This document shows, piece after piece, positions 1 to 12,869 of a DNA stretch of 64,000 nt. Both the position numbers and the translations under genes were made by a program. Each line of letters opens with the position of its first letter. Position 1 is the first letter of the stretch. The notes beneath the pieces were generated by a model, which saw nothing but the letters and a program-made list of their open reading frames with translations, had not been told where the DNA came from and ran no database searches. The stretch spans positions 9,738,202-9,802,201 of the forward strand of contig NC_057755.1 in NCBI RefSeq assembly GCF_004010195.1. The letters run 5' to 3'. The stretch comes from Chiloscyllium plagiosum (Eukaryota).

Positions 1-2
1 CA

Positions 3-774
3 TGTCAGCACACTGTTCATTCTCTTCTAGAGAAATAAACTCAATGAATCAGCTTGTCATGAAAAGATTTATCCAACTAAGGAGGAAAACTTTCTGTTTG
101 TGTTGCTGTTTAAAAGAAACAGTCAATTGTCTAAAACTCCCTGGTGATTCCAACCTACTCAGACATTTGAAATAGCCAAACCTTTGAACACAACTTTTTA
201 AGCTGAAGAATTCCTTAGGCCACGCAGTCACCCTGTGACCCAGTAACCAGTTAGTTATGTTGTGGGTATCTCACGACATGGGTCTGTTAATTCAGCTGCT
301 AATGCATAAATCTCAGACAAACACATCCTAAAACAATGAGTTAAACTTTATGGCACGTAGCAACCGAAATAAAGGCTCTCAAGTTAAGCCTCAAATGTCA
401 ACTTGGATATCACCTGGTTAATGATGGGACATGTTCATGCCAATCAGAAATCTTAAATTAATCTAATTCCACTTGCCAGCATTTGGCCCATAGTCCTCTA
501 AGCTATTGCCATTCATAGACCTATCCAATGCCTTTAAAATGTTGTAATGTTTACCAGCCTCCACCACTTCCTCTGGCAGCTCATTTAATAAACATATCTC
601 CCTCCCATTGCCCCTCCCACTACTGGAATCACCATGGAGTTTTAGACAATTGATTGTTTCTTTTAAACAGCAACACAAACAGAACGTTTTCCTCATTAGT
701 TAGGTAAATCTTTTTTATGACAAGCTGAATCATTGAGTTTATTTCTCTAGAAGAGAATGAACAGTGTGCTGACA
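3..774. repeat. Inverted repeat, arms ~3-150 and ~624-774
   Basis: tgtcagcacactgttcattctcttctagagaaataaactc... is the reverse complement of ...gagtttatttctctagaagagaatgaacagtgtgctgaca, with scattered mismatches. Confidence 0.9.
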
Positions 775-1440
775 AGCCCGACATGATGCTTTGTAATATC
801 TTTTAACTTGCAATTGTGAGGGAAAAAGAAATGCTGACAGTTGGAATATGCGTCCTTGGTAAATGTCTCCTCAGTGAACTGATTTATCAGTTCAATCATT
901 GAATTATTTATTAACTTCTTTATCATAATTTCAAGCATTTCCATGTGAAGAATACCCTAGCTAATCTATATGTGTATAGTCCATTTCACAAATCATTCAA
1001 AATTAATATTTTGCTTGATGGACTCTGAACATTTCGGATAAGTATACAGGTGATAATTTGCCAGGTGATAACTTCCAGATACGGGGAATGACCAAAACAA
1101 CTTTTGCATTCCATGTAAGATAATCAATCATCATCAAATATTGGCAGTGCCCACTTTGCCAGGCAAAAGCTGTGCTGAGAAAAATGAAGACAAAAGCAAG
1201 GTGTAGCTTTCCCCTTCCGAGCAGAAGAACATAACAAGTGGAATCTGAAGTAGGCCTACATTTGGCACATATCCCACCAGACATTTGCTTAACAAAACTT
1301 AATCTATTTCAGTTTTAAAATTAATAAATGGAACTGCTATCAGTGCAAGAGAATTTTAAATATCGCCAGCCGTTTCTGTGTAGAAGCCTTTCCTAACATA
1401 TCTCTCGAATGGTCTGGCACTAATTCTCGGACTATGTTCA

Positions 1441-1570
1441 TTCTTGATGAAGGGCTTATGCCTGAAGTGTCGATTGTCCTGCTCGTCAGATGCTGCCTGA
1501 CGTGCTGTACTTTTCCAGCACCACACTGTCAACTTGAATCTCCAGTATCTGCAATCTCCACATTCTCCTT
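1441..1570 (+). mobile_element. Short PLE-derived insertion with degenerate HHR core
   Basis: cttgatgaagggcttatgcctgaagtgtcgatt..., the same family as 29171-29285. Flanked by an imperfect direct repeat (ttctcggactatgttc / ttctcagaatatgctc). Confidence 0.7.
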
Positions 1571-1691
1571 CTCAGAATATGCTCCTAGTGTTAAAACCCC
1601 CAAGCAGTGGGAATAGTTTGTCTCTATTTCCCCTGTCTTCTCCTTTCAGGTCTCGACGACTTTGATCAGGTCAGCCCTTAATCTGTTCCGT

Positions 1692-3260
1692 CATAGAACA
1701 TAGAACATAGAACAATACAGCATAGAACAGGCCCTTCGGCCCACGATGTTGTGCCGAACATTTGTCCTAGCTTAAGCACCCATCCATGCACCTATCCAAT
1801 TGCCGCTTAAAGGTCACCAAAGATTCTGACTCTACCACTCCCACAGGCAGCGCATTCCATGCCCCCAACCACTCTCTGGGTAAAGAACCCACCCCTAACA
1901 TCTCCCCNNNNNNNNNNNNNNNNNNNNNNNNNNNNNNNNNNNNNNNNNNNNNNNNNNNNNNNNNNNNNNNNNNNNNNNNNNNNNNNNNNNNNNNNNNNNN
2001 NNNNNNNNNNNNNNNNNNNNNNNNNNNNNNNNNNNNNNNNNNNNNNNNNNNNNNNNNNNNNNNNNNNNNNNNNNNNNNNNNNNNNNNNNNNNNNNNNNNN
2101 NNNNNNNNNNNNNNNNNNNNNNNNNNNNNNNNNNNNNNNNNNNNNNNNNNNNNNNNNNNNNNNNNNNNNNNNNNNNNNNNNNNNNNNNNNNNNNNNNNNN
2201 NNNNNNNNNNNNNNNNNNNNNNNNNNNNNNNNNNNNNNNNNNNNNNNNNNNNNNNNNNNNNNNNNNNNNNNNNNNNNNNNNNNNNNNNNNNNNNNNNNNN
2301 NNNNNNNNNNNNNNNNNNNNNNNNNNNNNNNNNNNNNNNNNNNNNNNNNNNNNNNNNNNNNNNNNNNNNNNNNNNNNNNNNNNNNNNNNNNNNNNNNNNN
2401 NNNNNNNNNNNNNNNNNNNNNNNNNNNNNNNNNNNNNNNNNNNNNNNNNNNNNNNNNNNNNNNNNNNNNNNNNNNNNNNNNNNNNNNNNNNNNNNNNNNN
2501 NNNNNNNNNNNNNNNNNNAATCTTCTGGACCAGCCTACCATGAGGGACTTTGTCAAATGCTTTAGTCAAGTTCATGTAGACAAAGTCCATTGCCCCACCC
2601 TCATCAATCATCTTTGTTGCCTCCTCAAAAACCTAAATCAAATTTGTGAGACAAGACCTCACTCGCATAAAGCTACATTCACTATCCCTAATAAGGCCAT
2701 TCTTCTTAAAATGTGAGTAAATCCTATCCCTCAGTACCCTTTCCATTACTTTGCCTACCACTGAAGTAAGACTAACTGGCCTGTAATTCCCATGGTTATC
2801 CCTATTCCCTTTTTTGAACAGGGGCACAACATTCGCCACTCTCCAGTCCCCTGGTACCACCCCCGTTGATAGTGAAGATGAAAAGATCATTGCCAACGGT
2901 ACTGCAATTTCCTCTCTTGTTTCCACATAATCCTATGATATATCCCATCAGGGGACTTGTCTATCCTCAAGTTGTTCAAAATATCCAACACATCTTCCTT
3001 CCTAACATGTATCTCCTCTAGCTTACCAGTCCGTTTCACACTCTCCTCTTCAACAATACGGTCCCTCTCGTTCGTAAATACTGAAGAAATGTACTCATTC
3101 AAGACCTCTCCTATCTCTTCCGACTCAATACACAGTCTCCCACTACTGTCCTTGATCGGACCTACCCTCGTTCTCGTCATTCTCATGTTTCTCACATATG
3201 CATAAAATGCCTTTGGGTTATCCTTGATCCGATCCGCCAAAGATTTTTCATGCCCTGGAG
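1692..3260 (-). mobile_element. CR1 LINE 3' portion (spans assembly gap)
   Basis: ORF2 motifs DWRVANVVPLFKKG..NYRPVSLTSVVGK and MNLTKAFDKVPHGRL; (CATAGAA)n tail at 1692-1712. Confidence 0.9.
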
Positions 3261-3619
3261 AGAACAAGCCTAATTTGCATATGAAATGGTTAGAGAAACC
3301 CAACCCAGTCTGGGGAAAGAAACCAACAGACTGACGTTGCTGAAGGTGTGTGTGTGTGTGTGTGGATGAGAGACAGTAGTCAGTGTGTTTGTGTGTGAGA
3401 GAGAGAGAGAGAGAAAGACAAGGGATAATCATTAATAGAATCTAGCAGAGCCAAATTGATGAAGGTGTGTGTCTGTGTATTTGTGTGTGTTTGTGTGTTT
3501 GTGTGTGAGAGAGAGGGCGCGAGATGTGATTAATGAAACATAGTAGCAGACGAAGTTTGCTGAAGTTTTGAGTGGCATCTGTAGAATTACTGACTATACC
3601 TACATTTTTCACATCCAAA

Positions 3620-4077
3620 TCATTTTTCGGGAGAGGCTGAATTGGCTGTGACTGCTTTCCCTGGAGCATCGGGGGATGAGGGGTGTCCATGTACATGTTT
3701 ATGAAATCATGATGGGCATGAATAGGATAAAGGATAAGGTCTTTTGCTGGAGTGACGGAGTCCAGTACTCGAGGGCATAGGTTTAGGGTGAGAAGGGAAA
3801 GAAATAAAAGGGACCTAAGGCAGTTACTTTTTCACACAGACGGTGGTGTATATGTGGAATGAGCTTCCAGAGGAAGTGGTGGAGGTTGGTACAATAAGAG
3901 CATTTAAATGGCATCTGCATGATTATATAATTAGGAAGGGTTTAGAGGCATATCGACCAAGTGCTGGCAAATGGGACTAGATTAGGTTAGGATATCTGGT
4001 CGGCATGGATGAGTTAGACCAAAGGATCTGTTTCCATTCTGTACTTCTCTATGACTCTATGGCTCTATGACTCTATG
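3620..4077 (+). mobile_element. CR1 LINE 3' end
   Basis: CR1 3' sequence (TTTTTCACACAGA..TGGAATGAGCT..) ending in a (CTATGACT)n tail. Confidence 0.85.
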
Positions 4078-5639
4078 TGTGTAATTAATATGCAAAACAA
4101 AAAGCTGTGCATTCTGGAGACCTCAAATTGCTGCAAAAACTCATCAGGCCACTGAATGCAAAATTTTAACTTTTGCCAGAACCGATTTTGTTTTGCAATA
4201 AGGTCGTTTCTAATTGTGGTCCGTTCGTTACAGAAATCAGAAACATGAAATTCGTGAAGGTATCATTAATGAATGACAGTAAGAGAGGAAAATGACTGGA
4301 TGCATTTGTGTTAATGCTACACATGAGCAAAGAGAGATTGCGTGTGTGTGTATCTATGTGTATGTGTGTCTGCCTGCTTATCTGTCCATATGTATGTGTC
4401 TGCGAGTGTGTATGCATATGTATGTGTGTGTGCCTGTCTCTGTGTGAGTATGTGCCTATATGTTAGTCCGTCTATGTGTCTGTCTGTGTCAATGTGTGTG
4501 TGCCTCTGAGTGTCTGTTTATCTGTGACAGTGTGTGTCTGCATGTGTGTCAGTCAGTGTGTGTGTCAGTCTATGTCCGTCTGTGTCTGTGTCTGTGAGTG
4601 TGTTGTTCTAAATAAGGGTCACAGAATCCGTAACGTGCACTCTGCATTTGTTCTAAAGCCTCCTCAGCTTCTCTCGTTAGCTCAAACTCTCCAATCCAGG
4701 CATCTGTAAATAAAAGTGGAATCACAAGTTGTTTGTTAAAAAAAAAGTCAAAGGGGCTGACAAGAGATTTATTATATTGGACACGTTTAGTGGATGCAAT
4801 CGACAATGCAGCCGTTAGAATCGATAACTGCTGGGAAGCAGACATAATTTACTTACATTTCTAAAATAGGTATACAGTAAAGTGCGAAACAAAGCTTCTG
4901 TCCGCAGATAGGGACTCATGGGTTTGTGGATCATTTCAGAGCACATTCGGAAGCCTGTTTAAAAAGCAAGGAAAACAGTACTGGGGTAAACTGAACTTTT
5001 AAACTGGAAGATCATAGTTTTAGAGCTGTGCGAGGAGCATTGCAGGGTCCTCAGTTATGTACACACAATATTAATCAAATAAATGAAAAAGCAAACGCTA
5101 ATCTGTCTAGGTTTGCTGACAATAAAAAAACAAGGCAGGAATGAAATGAGCTGCCAGAGGTAATGTTGGATGCTAGTCCAATTACAACATTTCAAAGGCA
5201 TATAGATGAGTATAGGAATAGGATGGGCTTAGAGGGAGGTGGACCAAGTGCTGGTAAATGGGGCTTGGTTATGGTCAGCATGGACGAGTTGGACTGAAAG
5301 TTCTGTTTCTGTGCTGTACATCTCTATGGTTATGACTATAAGTAACACGGAAAATAGAGAAACTTTGCAAAGGGACATAATCAAGTTAAAAGAAGGGCAA
5401 AAAAGTCACACAGAATGTATTGTGTGGAAAATTCTCGGTACACAAGGTGAAGTGTTGGTCAGACTTGGTAGGTCTTGGAGTATCTGGGGAGATCGAACAG
5501 TTGTTAATGTATTAAAAACGTCATTGCGTTCCTCTTCAGAACTAATCAGAGAGATGTAGCAGTAGTCGTTTTCATAGTGTACTTTTTTTTGTGAGGACAT
5601 TCACTTTGAAAATATAGATAGGAAGCCAGAATAGTGTCA

Positions 5640-5970
5640 TCATGGGTAGGCAACAGCCTAGTAGTAATATCGCTGGACTATTAGGCCAGAGATCAAGGTA
5701 ATATTGTGGTGTCCTGGATTCAAATCCCATCATGGCAGATGGTATAATCTGAATTTAGTAAAATTTGGAAGGAAGAGTTAATGCAAACTGAAAATTGTTG
5801 GAAAAAAGTCTGTTTTATTCATGTTCTTTTTGGAAAGAATCTGCCATTCTTACCTTTTCTGGCCTACATATGACTCCAGACGCACAGCAATGTGGCTTGA
5901 CTCTTAATTACCTTCTGGGCAATAAATACTGGCCTGGAGAGTGGCATTTTCATCCCGTGAATGAATTAAA
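5640..5970 (+). mobile_element. tRNA-derived SINE (second family); related copies at ~11860-12195, ~34180-34340, ~62320-62640
   Basis: GGATTCAAATCCC B-box-like motif and a shared body (tggcagatggt..., tgactccaga..cacagcaat, gggcaataaa). Confidence 0.65.
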
Positions 5971-6017
5971 AGAAATGCAAGACATGCAAGTTTTCAGAAG
6001 AATTGTAACTCAAGGTG

Positions 6018-6353
6018 TGGTTCTGAATGTAAGCTGAGCTGGAAGTTTCGTTTTCAGAAGTTTCGCCACCGTACTAGGTAATATCATCAGTGAGAATCCA
6101 GTGAAGTGCTGACGTTATGTCGTGCCTTCTGTTTTTGTGTTTAGGTTTCCTCAGGCTGGTGATGTCATTGACTGTAGTGATGGCATTTCCTGTGTTGGTC
6201 ATGTCATTTCCTGTTCTTTTTTTCTCAGAGGGTGATATTTAGTATCCAATTTGATGTGTCTGTTGGTAGAGCTCTGGTTGGAATGCCATGATTCTAGGAA
6301 TACTCATGCGTGTCTCTTTTTGGCTTGTCCTAAACTGGATGTGTTGTCCCAGT
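6018..6353 (-). mobile_element. Penelope-like element 3' fragment (same family as 30330-31770)
   Basis: Reverse complement matches ~31420-31770 (gactgggacaacac..., 18-bp tandem, CTGATGA-stem-GAAA). It abuts the + strand GPCR pseudogene. Confidence 0.85.
6050..6094 (-). ncRNA. Hammerhead-like motif at a Penelope 3' end (partly decayed)
   Basis: Minus strand reads CTGATGA-T-ATTACC(TAGTAC)GGTGGC-GAAA-CTTC. The paralogous copy at 31694-31728 has GAAA changed to AAAA. Confidence 0.55.
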
Positions 6354-7254
6354 CAGCAGACCTACTGGTCTTAATCATTCATATGTATCATTCTTATGTA
6401 TCATTCATCATTGTGATTTCTGTCTCTAACGTGCATTTCTAAACGTATTTGCTACAGAACCTGTCTTATGCTCGATTTGTCAGTCTGGTTCACAGTCTCC
6501 TTCACTTTTGATTGTTTTGTCATCATCTGGTGCCCAAAGTTTAAGACAAGGGTTTGTACCGTGTGAGTTGTTGTCACACTTATAACTGTGAGCTGTACCT
6601 TCATGCTTATTAAGGAGATCCCCCTTTTCTTTGCGTATGAATGTGAACACATGATTAGCATTGTGAAATGGAACTGCCAGCTCAGTGTGGCATTCTTTTC
6701 CCCAATTGCAGAAGTAGTTGCATCTGGTTGAACAGCATCTGTTTAGTTTGGCTTTTTTTTCCATATCATTTGCCTTTTTTAATGCATTGACAATCAGACA
6801 TATACTGGTTGAACAACATCTGTTTAGTTTAGCGTTTTAAACCTATTATTTGCTTTTTTAATGCATTGACAATCAGGCATACACTAATGAGCAGTAAAGC
6901 CTGCAGACATTTTGAAGTCAAGCAATTGACAATCAATGTGATCCTGAGATAAAGACTCGAATGAAATCTATTGTTTACCTCTTTGCTATATCGGGAAGTT
7001 TCATTCTGCTGTGAATGACAAATGTGATAACCTTTGCAATCACCAGGCTGACAAACATCAACTATTACAGAGGAGACTTTGGAAATCCAACTTATCTCAC
7101 AGCCGAAACTATAGCCATGCTGTGGTATTTGAGATCCTGTTCAAAGATGTGGATCTACGCAGTGACGAAGAAGAAATTCAGAGAAAGGCTGGTGGATCGT
7201 CTCAAGTCATCCTATGCATTAATTGTGAAGATGTTAAATATTAAAGTAAGATGA
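6352..7254 (+). pseudogene. GPR139-like: GPR139/GPR142-like class-A GPCR pseudogene (TM2-TM7; 5' part missing)
   Basis: Manual translation: SADLLVLII (TM2); LSVWFTVSFTFDCFVII..KFKTRVCT (TM3, DR changed to DC); FNALTIRH (TM5); DPEIKTRMKSIVYLFAISGSFILL*MT (TM6); SCSKMWIYAVTKKKFRE (TM7). Stops at 6564-6566 and 7012-7014, frameshifts, and an internal 81-bp duplication. Confidence 0.85.
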
Positions 7255-7959
7255 CTTTGAAAGCCTGTTGGCGGGCAAAACTATAATTTCCCTTGTGGTT
7301 TGATATGATACGATACCACAAAGATAATGATTGGAGTGAAAATAAAATCAGTGTCTCTCATCCTTGATTGTTTTGACTTTAGTCGTCATTTCGTCAATTC
7401 TGATGAGACAGTCCTTGTAGGAATAACAGTGAAGATTTGACCATCTTACAATCTGTTTTTTAAAAAGAAATAGCACATACAAATGGAATTTCTGTCTTTG
7501 ACTTTCTTGATTATTCTAAAACGGTTTGCAAGTAATCAACAGTACTAAAAAAAAGATGTCTTATTATTCGTGGGGAATGTATCATAGTAGATGGTTGTTC
7601 ACATAAATTAGCAAAAATACGATAAATGAGGTTGGTTAGCAACATTTTAAAGGTCGTGAAACCTCTAGGAAATAAGTCTGATTAGGAATGACAATTCCTC
7701 AATCCTAATAGTGCGAATATGACGTTTTCTGCAGTCAATTGTAGGTTATTTCCCGTTTCCCTATTGGCTTATGGGGATATCTCCAATACAGATCAATGGA
7801 CTGAGAGATATGCAATGTCACAAATGCCAGCGTTAGGGAAGTTTCCTCTCAGCCCTTGAAGTTTACAAAGTAAAAGGCAGCATTCAGTCCTGCCAATGTT
7901 GTCAGTAGCTCGGATGAAACTTGAGGAGAATTTTATCTGCCAGCATATATGCTATCAGA

Positions 7960-8410
7960 ATGATTTGTGAAACTCGAAAGGGTTCAGAAAAGATTTATAA
8001 GGACATTGCCAGGGTTGGAGGGTATGTTAAACAGGGAGAGGCTTGGGCTATTTTACATGGAGATTTGGAGGCAGAGGGTTGACCCAACCAAAGTTTACAA
8101 AATCATGAGTGGCATGGATAGAGTAAATATATAAGATCTCTTCCCTGGGGTGGGATTGTCCAGAGCTGGCGGGCATACATTTAGGGTGAGAGGGGAAAGA
8201 TCATAAAGGAATATAAGGGATAAGTTTTTCACGCAGAGGGTGGTGCCTGTATGAAATAAGTCAGATGGAGTGGTGAAGGCTGGTACAATAACAACATTGA
8301 AGAGGTATCTGAAAAGGAAGGGTTTAGAAGGACATGCGCCAAATGCGACTAGATTAGGTGAGGATATCTGGTCGGCATGGACGAGTTGGACTTTCTTTCT
8401 GTACTGTATA
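7960..8410 (+). mobile_element. CR1 LINE 3' fragment
   Basis: Matches the other CR1 3' ends in this window. Confidence 0.8.
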
Positions 8411-8414
8411 TTAA

Positions 8415-8685
8415 ATTACTTATAGTGCGGAAACAGGCCCTTCGGCCCAAAAAGTCCACGCCAACCCGCTGAAGCACAACCCACGCAGACCCATCCCCCT
8501 ACATTTACCCCTTCAACTAACACTACGGGCAATTTAGCATGCCCAACTCACCTAATCTGCACATTTTTGGATTGTGGGAGGAAACCAGAGTACCCGGAGG
8601 AAACCCGCACAGAATTCCTGAGGCGGGAATTGGACCCAGGTCTCTGGCGCTATGAGGCAGCAGCGCTAACCACTGTGCCACTGTG
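8415..8685 (-). mobile_element. HE1-like tRNA-derived SINE
   Basis: Reverse complement of the SINE at 39071-39395. Confidence 0.85.
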
Positions 8686-10614
8686 ACTCTATGCCACTGT
8701 CTACAGTTGCACAGGTTTCATTTCCATCACTTCACAGTTACACTGCAGACGTTGTCCCATATCACTGTTACGTTCAGTATATTTCTTTACAAATTGAACG
8801 CAGCAAATACAGTCACATAACGCAGAATTTGCTAGAGAAACTCAATGGGTCTAACAGAATCTATGGAAAGAAAAGCAATTTCACTTTTCGAATCCAATGA
8901 TTTGTTTTCCCCCAAATTAAGAGCTGTGACAGCAAGTGATGTGTCAGTTTGTAAATGACACAATCTCCACAGCATGTTTTTACTGCCCAGTTCCTTCAAA
9001 TTTTACATCGAATGGTCTGTATGTGTTACATTTTATTTTGGACAGCCATTTTGTATTTTGCATAACGTCTTTTTAATAACGAGTAAATAACTGTTAAACT
9101 TATTGGCTTGATCCCAGAGCTTTAATCACCTAAGTAGAGCACAGGATAGATTACTGGTTGCAAATTTATATAAACACCATGTTGTTATGGTCTTGCACTG
9201 TCAAGAGAGAGAAATAACTGTTGGGGTTTAACCTGAGCATCAACAACTCAGGGAAGGGGCAATGTTGAATCCTCATGGTAAAAGTAGCCAGAACAAGAAT
9301 TGAACGTATTCTGTCACTTCATTCAGCATTGCAAACTAGTCTTTCAGTCAGTTGAGATAAAGTTGAAACGTTAACTTTGATTTCTCTTCACAGATGCTGC
9401 CAGATCTGCTGAGCAAATTCTGTTTTTGTTCCTGATTTACAGCATCTGCGTTGTGTAGTTGTTTTGTTTTTAATTCGTGCTCTGATAGTTCCCTTTAACA
9501 AAGTGCATTATTTAATGACTATTGTTTGCTCCTAATTTCACTGATTGAGTGGCACATGTGAAATGTCAAGTAACCTCGTCACCCATTAAGCAGCACAGTC
9601 CTGTGAGCCTACAGCTTATGAATGTGATGTGTTGGATCACCCAATTCCGAACTGAGGCCAATTTTCAATTTGTTAACACAACAAGCACGCAGTTATACTG
9701 ACAGCAGCAAAGCAGAGAAAATAAGATCTAAGTAGGCTATTTGGTCCTTCAATCGGACTCCGACATTCAACATGATAATGGCTGACCATTCAATTCGATA
9801 TCCTGCACCCACTGTCTCCCCAGACCCTTTGATCTATAAGAACTATAACAAACTCCTTCTTCCAAACATGCAGTGCTTTTGTCTTCAACTGATAAGGAAA
9901 TTCTCCAGGATCACCACTCTCCAGGTGAAGAAATGTCTCCTCATCTCAGTCCTAAATATATCCTTAGACTGTGAAATTCATTTCTCGGCTCCATGATCAT
10001 TGGGAACATTGGAATCAGGTAACGTCTACTTTGTTTACATGATTTTTTTGGCCCAGTGTTGTTTCTAAGCAAAAAAAAAGTTTACATTCTAACCACAGTT
10101 GTGCAGGCAGCCTGCCAATGTTCTTTCAATGTAAATTTATGATTTGTTTTGAGTTCGAATTTTCTGTGGAATTAAACATCCGGCTCACTTCCGTGAGAAA
10201 ACACTGATTAACGTTTAATATTTTTCTTTGACTCCTTGTTATTATCCAAATGAAAAAGATCTCATCAGCTGAAATCAACCTTTCAGCTATTGCGTTGAAA
10301 CTTTCTCGAATACAGCAGTTCAAGTGCATCAGCATTACGCTTGTAGTGTATTATCTTTCCCACAAGTTGCAAATGGTTACAATTTTCTGGGACAAGAAGG
10401 AATCTCCCCAAATCCCTTTCCATAAAATTCTCTAAATCCTTGCCCTCGTTTAATTATTTCAATGTTATGCTATCTATCCATTCCATTCCACCTCCACCTA
10501 TTGATCGTTAAACTCTTCTGAGTTACTTCTCAGCCTCTATTAATGCTAATCCTTAATCAGATTTATAATTTTCCCATAATTGACAACAGTCTGGCGAATC
10601 ATTTTGCATGCATA

Positions 10615-11470
10615 AAACGAAAAGAAATAGGGACAGGAGTAGGCCATTTTGCTGCTTGAACCTGAAATGCTATTTTTAAGGATCAAAACAGATTGCCTTG
10701 CTTCACATCCACTTTCATGCCATTTCCTCCCAAACCTTGATTCTGCGACTGACCAAAAATCTATTGATCTCAGCCTTAAATACACACAGATACTCTGCCC
10801 CACAACTCTCCAAGGCAAGGTATTCCTATGACACACAACCATCTGAAGGAAATTCTTCCTCACTTCAGTCTTAAATTTTGGAAGTCTTTATTCTGAGAGT
10901 GTACCCATTGGTACACTATTCCCCCATGAGGGGAAGCATCTTCTTGGCATTGACCCCGTCAAGAATGCAGTACATTACAATGAAATTACCTCTCACTGTT
11001 CTAAACTCCAGTGAGTAGAGTCCCAACCTGGTTAACCTTTGCTGACAAGACAGTCCCTGCAAAACAGAGATCACCCAAGTGAGCTCTCTCTGAGCCAAAG
11101 AAATAACACCATTCGTTAAATAAGCAGAGCAAAACTGCTCACAGTACTCCAGATGTGGTCTCACCAGCACCTGGTACATTTTCAGTAATTCTTCACCACT
11201 CTAAGACTCCAAACCCCTGGAAATAAGGGCCAACATTCCCTTAGCCTTCGCAGTTACTTGATGCATCTGTGTGTTAGCTTTCTCTGTCAAGGGTGTGGTG
11301 GTGGAAAAGCACAGGAGACCAAGTGGCATCTGAGCACCAGGAGAATCAACGCTTCGGGCATAAGCCAATCGTCAGGAATTTATGTGCTTCGTACATAAGT
11401 ACCCCATAAGTCTCTTTCTCATTTCTGTCAGGAAGTTGCAATCATGGCTCCTTCAGGAATGCTGTGCATT
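10615..11470 (-). mobile_element. CR1 LINE 3' fragment
   Basis: ORF YQVLVRPHLEYCEQF..RLGLYSLEFR plus a CR1 3'UTR. Confidence 0.85.
11291..11379 (-). mobile_element. Short PLE-derived insertion with degenerate HHR core, nested in CR1
   Basis: Minus strand reads attcctgacgattggcttatgcccgaagcgttgattctcc... Confidence 0.65.
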
Positions 11471-12869
11471 GTTTCCACTCCTTCTACTGCATAATTATTT
11501 GCAGCATTCAGCTACTTAATCTGAAATTGAAATTTCGGAACCTGAGCTCGTCATTTTGAGAGCTGCTGACATGTGTATGTGTACGCACATGTGAATGTGT
11601 CATGAGTATGTTAAATGTTGGGTGCTGAGAGGATCTCTGAGTAGGATTCAAGTAAGTAGGTTGCCACCTGGTTAGTCGAAAGGATGTCAGATAATTAATG
11701 TGCCAACTGTCTCGAAGGCGGTGGGGGTGGGGGGCGGCGGGGTGAGGAGTGGAAATAAGGTGCAGGAAACCCAGAAAATTAGGAAGCCATATGGATGAAA
11801 TTAAACAGTCATGCGGTTTGGAATGGTCCACTTACTTCTTCTCAACTGTTCTATCAATAAAGGAGGCAATGATATAGTGTATTGCTGCTTGACTGTTAAT
11901 CCAGAGACCCAGGTAATGCTCGGGGGACTTGGATTCAAATCTTGATGCGGCAGATGGTGCAATTTGATTTCAATGAAAATCTGAAATTCAAGAATCTAAA
12001 TGGTGACCATGATCCTACTACCAATTGTTGGAAGCGCCCAAGTGTTACGCAAATGCACTTTGGAGAAGAAAATTGCAATCCTTACCCTGCTCTGTTCTAC
12101 ACATGACTCCAGATCCACAGCAATTCACTCTGAGCAGCCCTCTGGGGCAATAAACGCTAACTTTGCCAGTGACGCCTACATACTGTGAATGAATAGAACA
12201 AAATACTGCTAAGACTTTTTCGCACTTAGCCATAGCCTTGAACGTTCTGAAACTCTGTAAAGTTTGGATGTTACCCATCTCAACTATTCTCCCTGGAAGT
12301 GCATTCCAGACAACTACCCCCTTCCAGGTGAATGCAAGTTTCCTCAAATCCATATTAAACCTCATAGGACAACTGGACAGGTTACCAAGTAAGTAGGGTG
12401 CAAGACTGTCATAAGACATAGGGAGCCACATAGACGGAATCGTCAAATCATACAGACCAGAGGAGGTCATTCGGCCCATATCAATAATAAACGTGCTATC
12501 ATCTCGAGGTGGCAGATCACATCCATAGTTCCAGAGTGTTCCAGGAAGGTGAAATAGCTCCACAGAGACTGGTATCCCATCACCAAGTCATCCTTTAGTT
12601 ACACATGAACAATATTACTGTCTCAATCAGAGTCAGGTACCAGTGCATCAGTGTCTCTGGCACTCAACTTTTCCATATGTCAGGCAAGGCTTTACAATTG
12701 GACCGGATTAACGGCCCCATTCACGGAATGCGTGATCATCACCACATCCACAAACATCTTTTTCCTCCACCACCTAGACTCAGTAACAGCAGTTACTGTA
12801 TTTGAGCATAGGACAGTACAGCAGGTAAGGTGCAAAACTGCCATAAGAAATGTGGAGCCACGTAGACAT

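Noticed and set aside
1786..2716. Long ORFs of 238-285 aa
   Set aside because: Artefacts of reading through the N gap at 1908-2518; the flanks are CR1.
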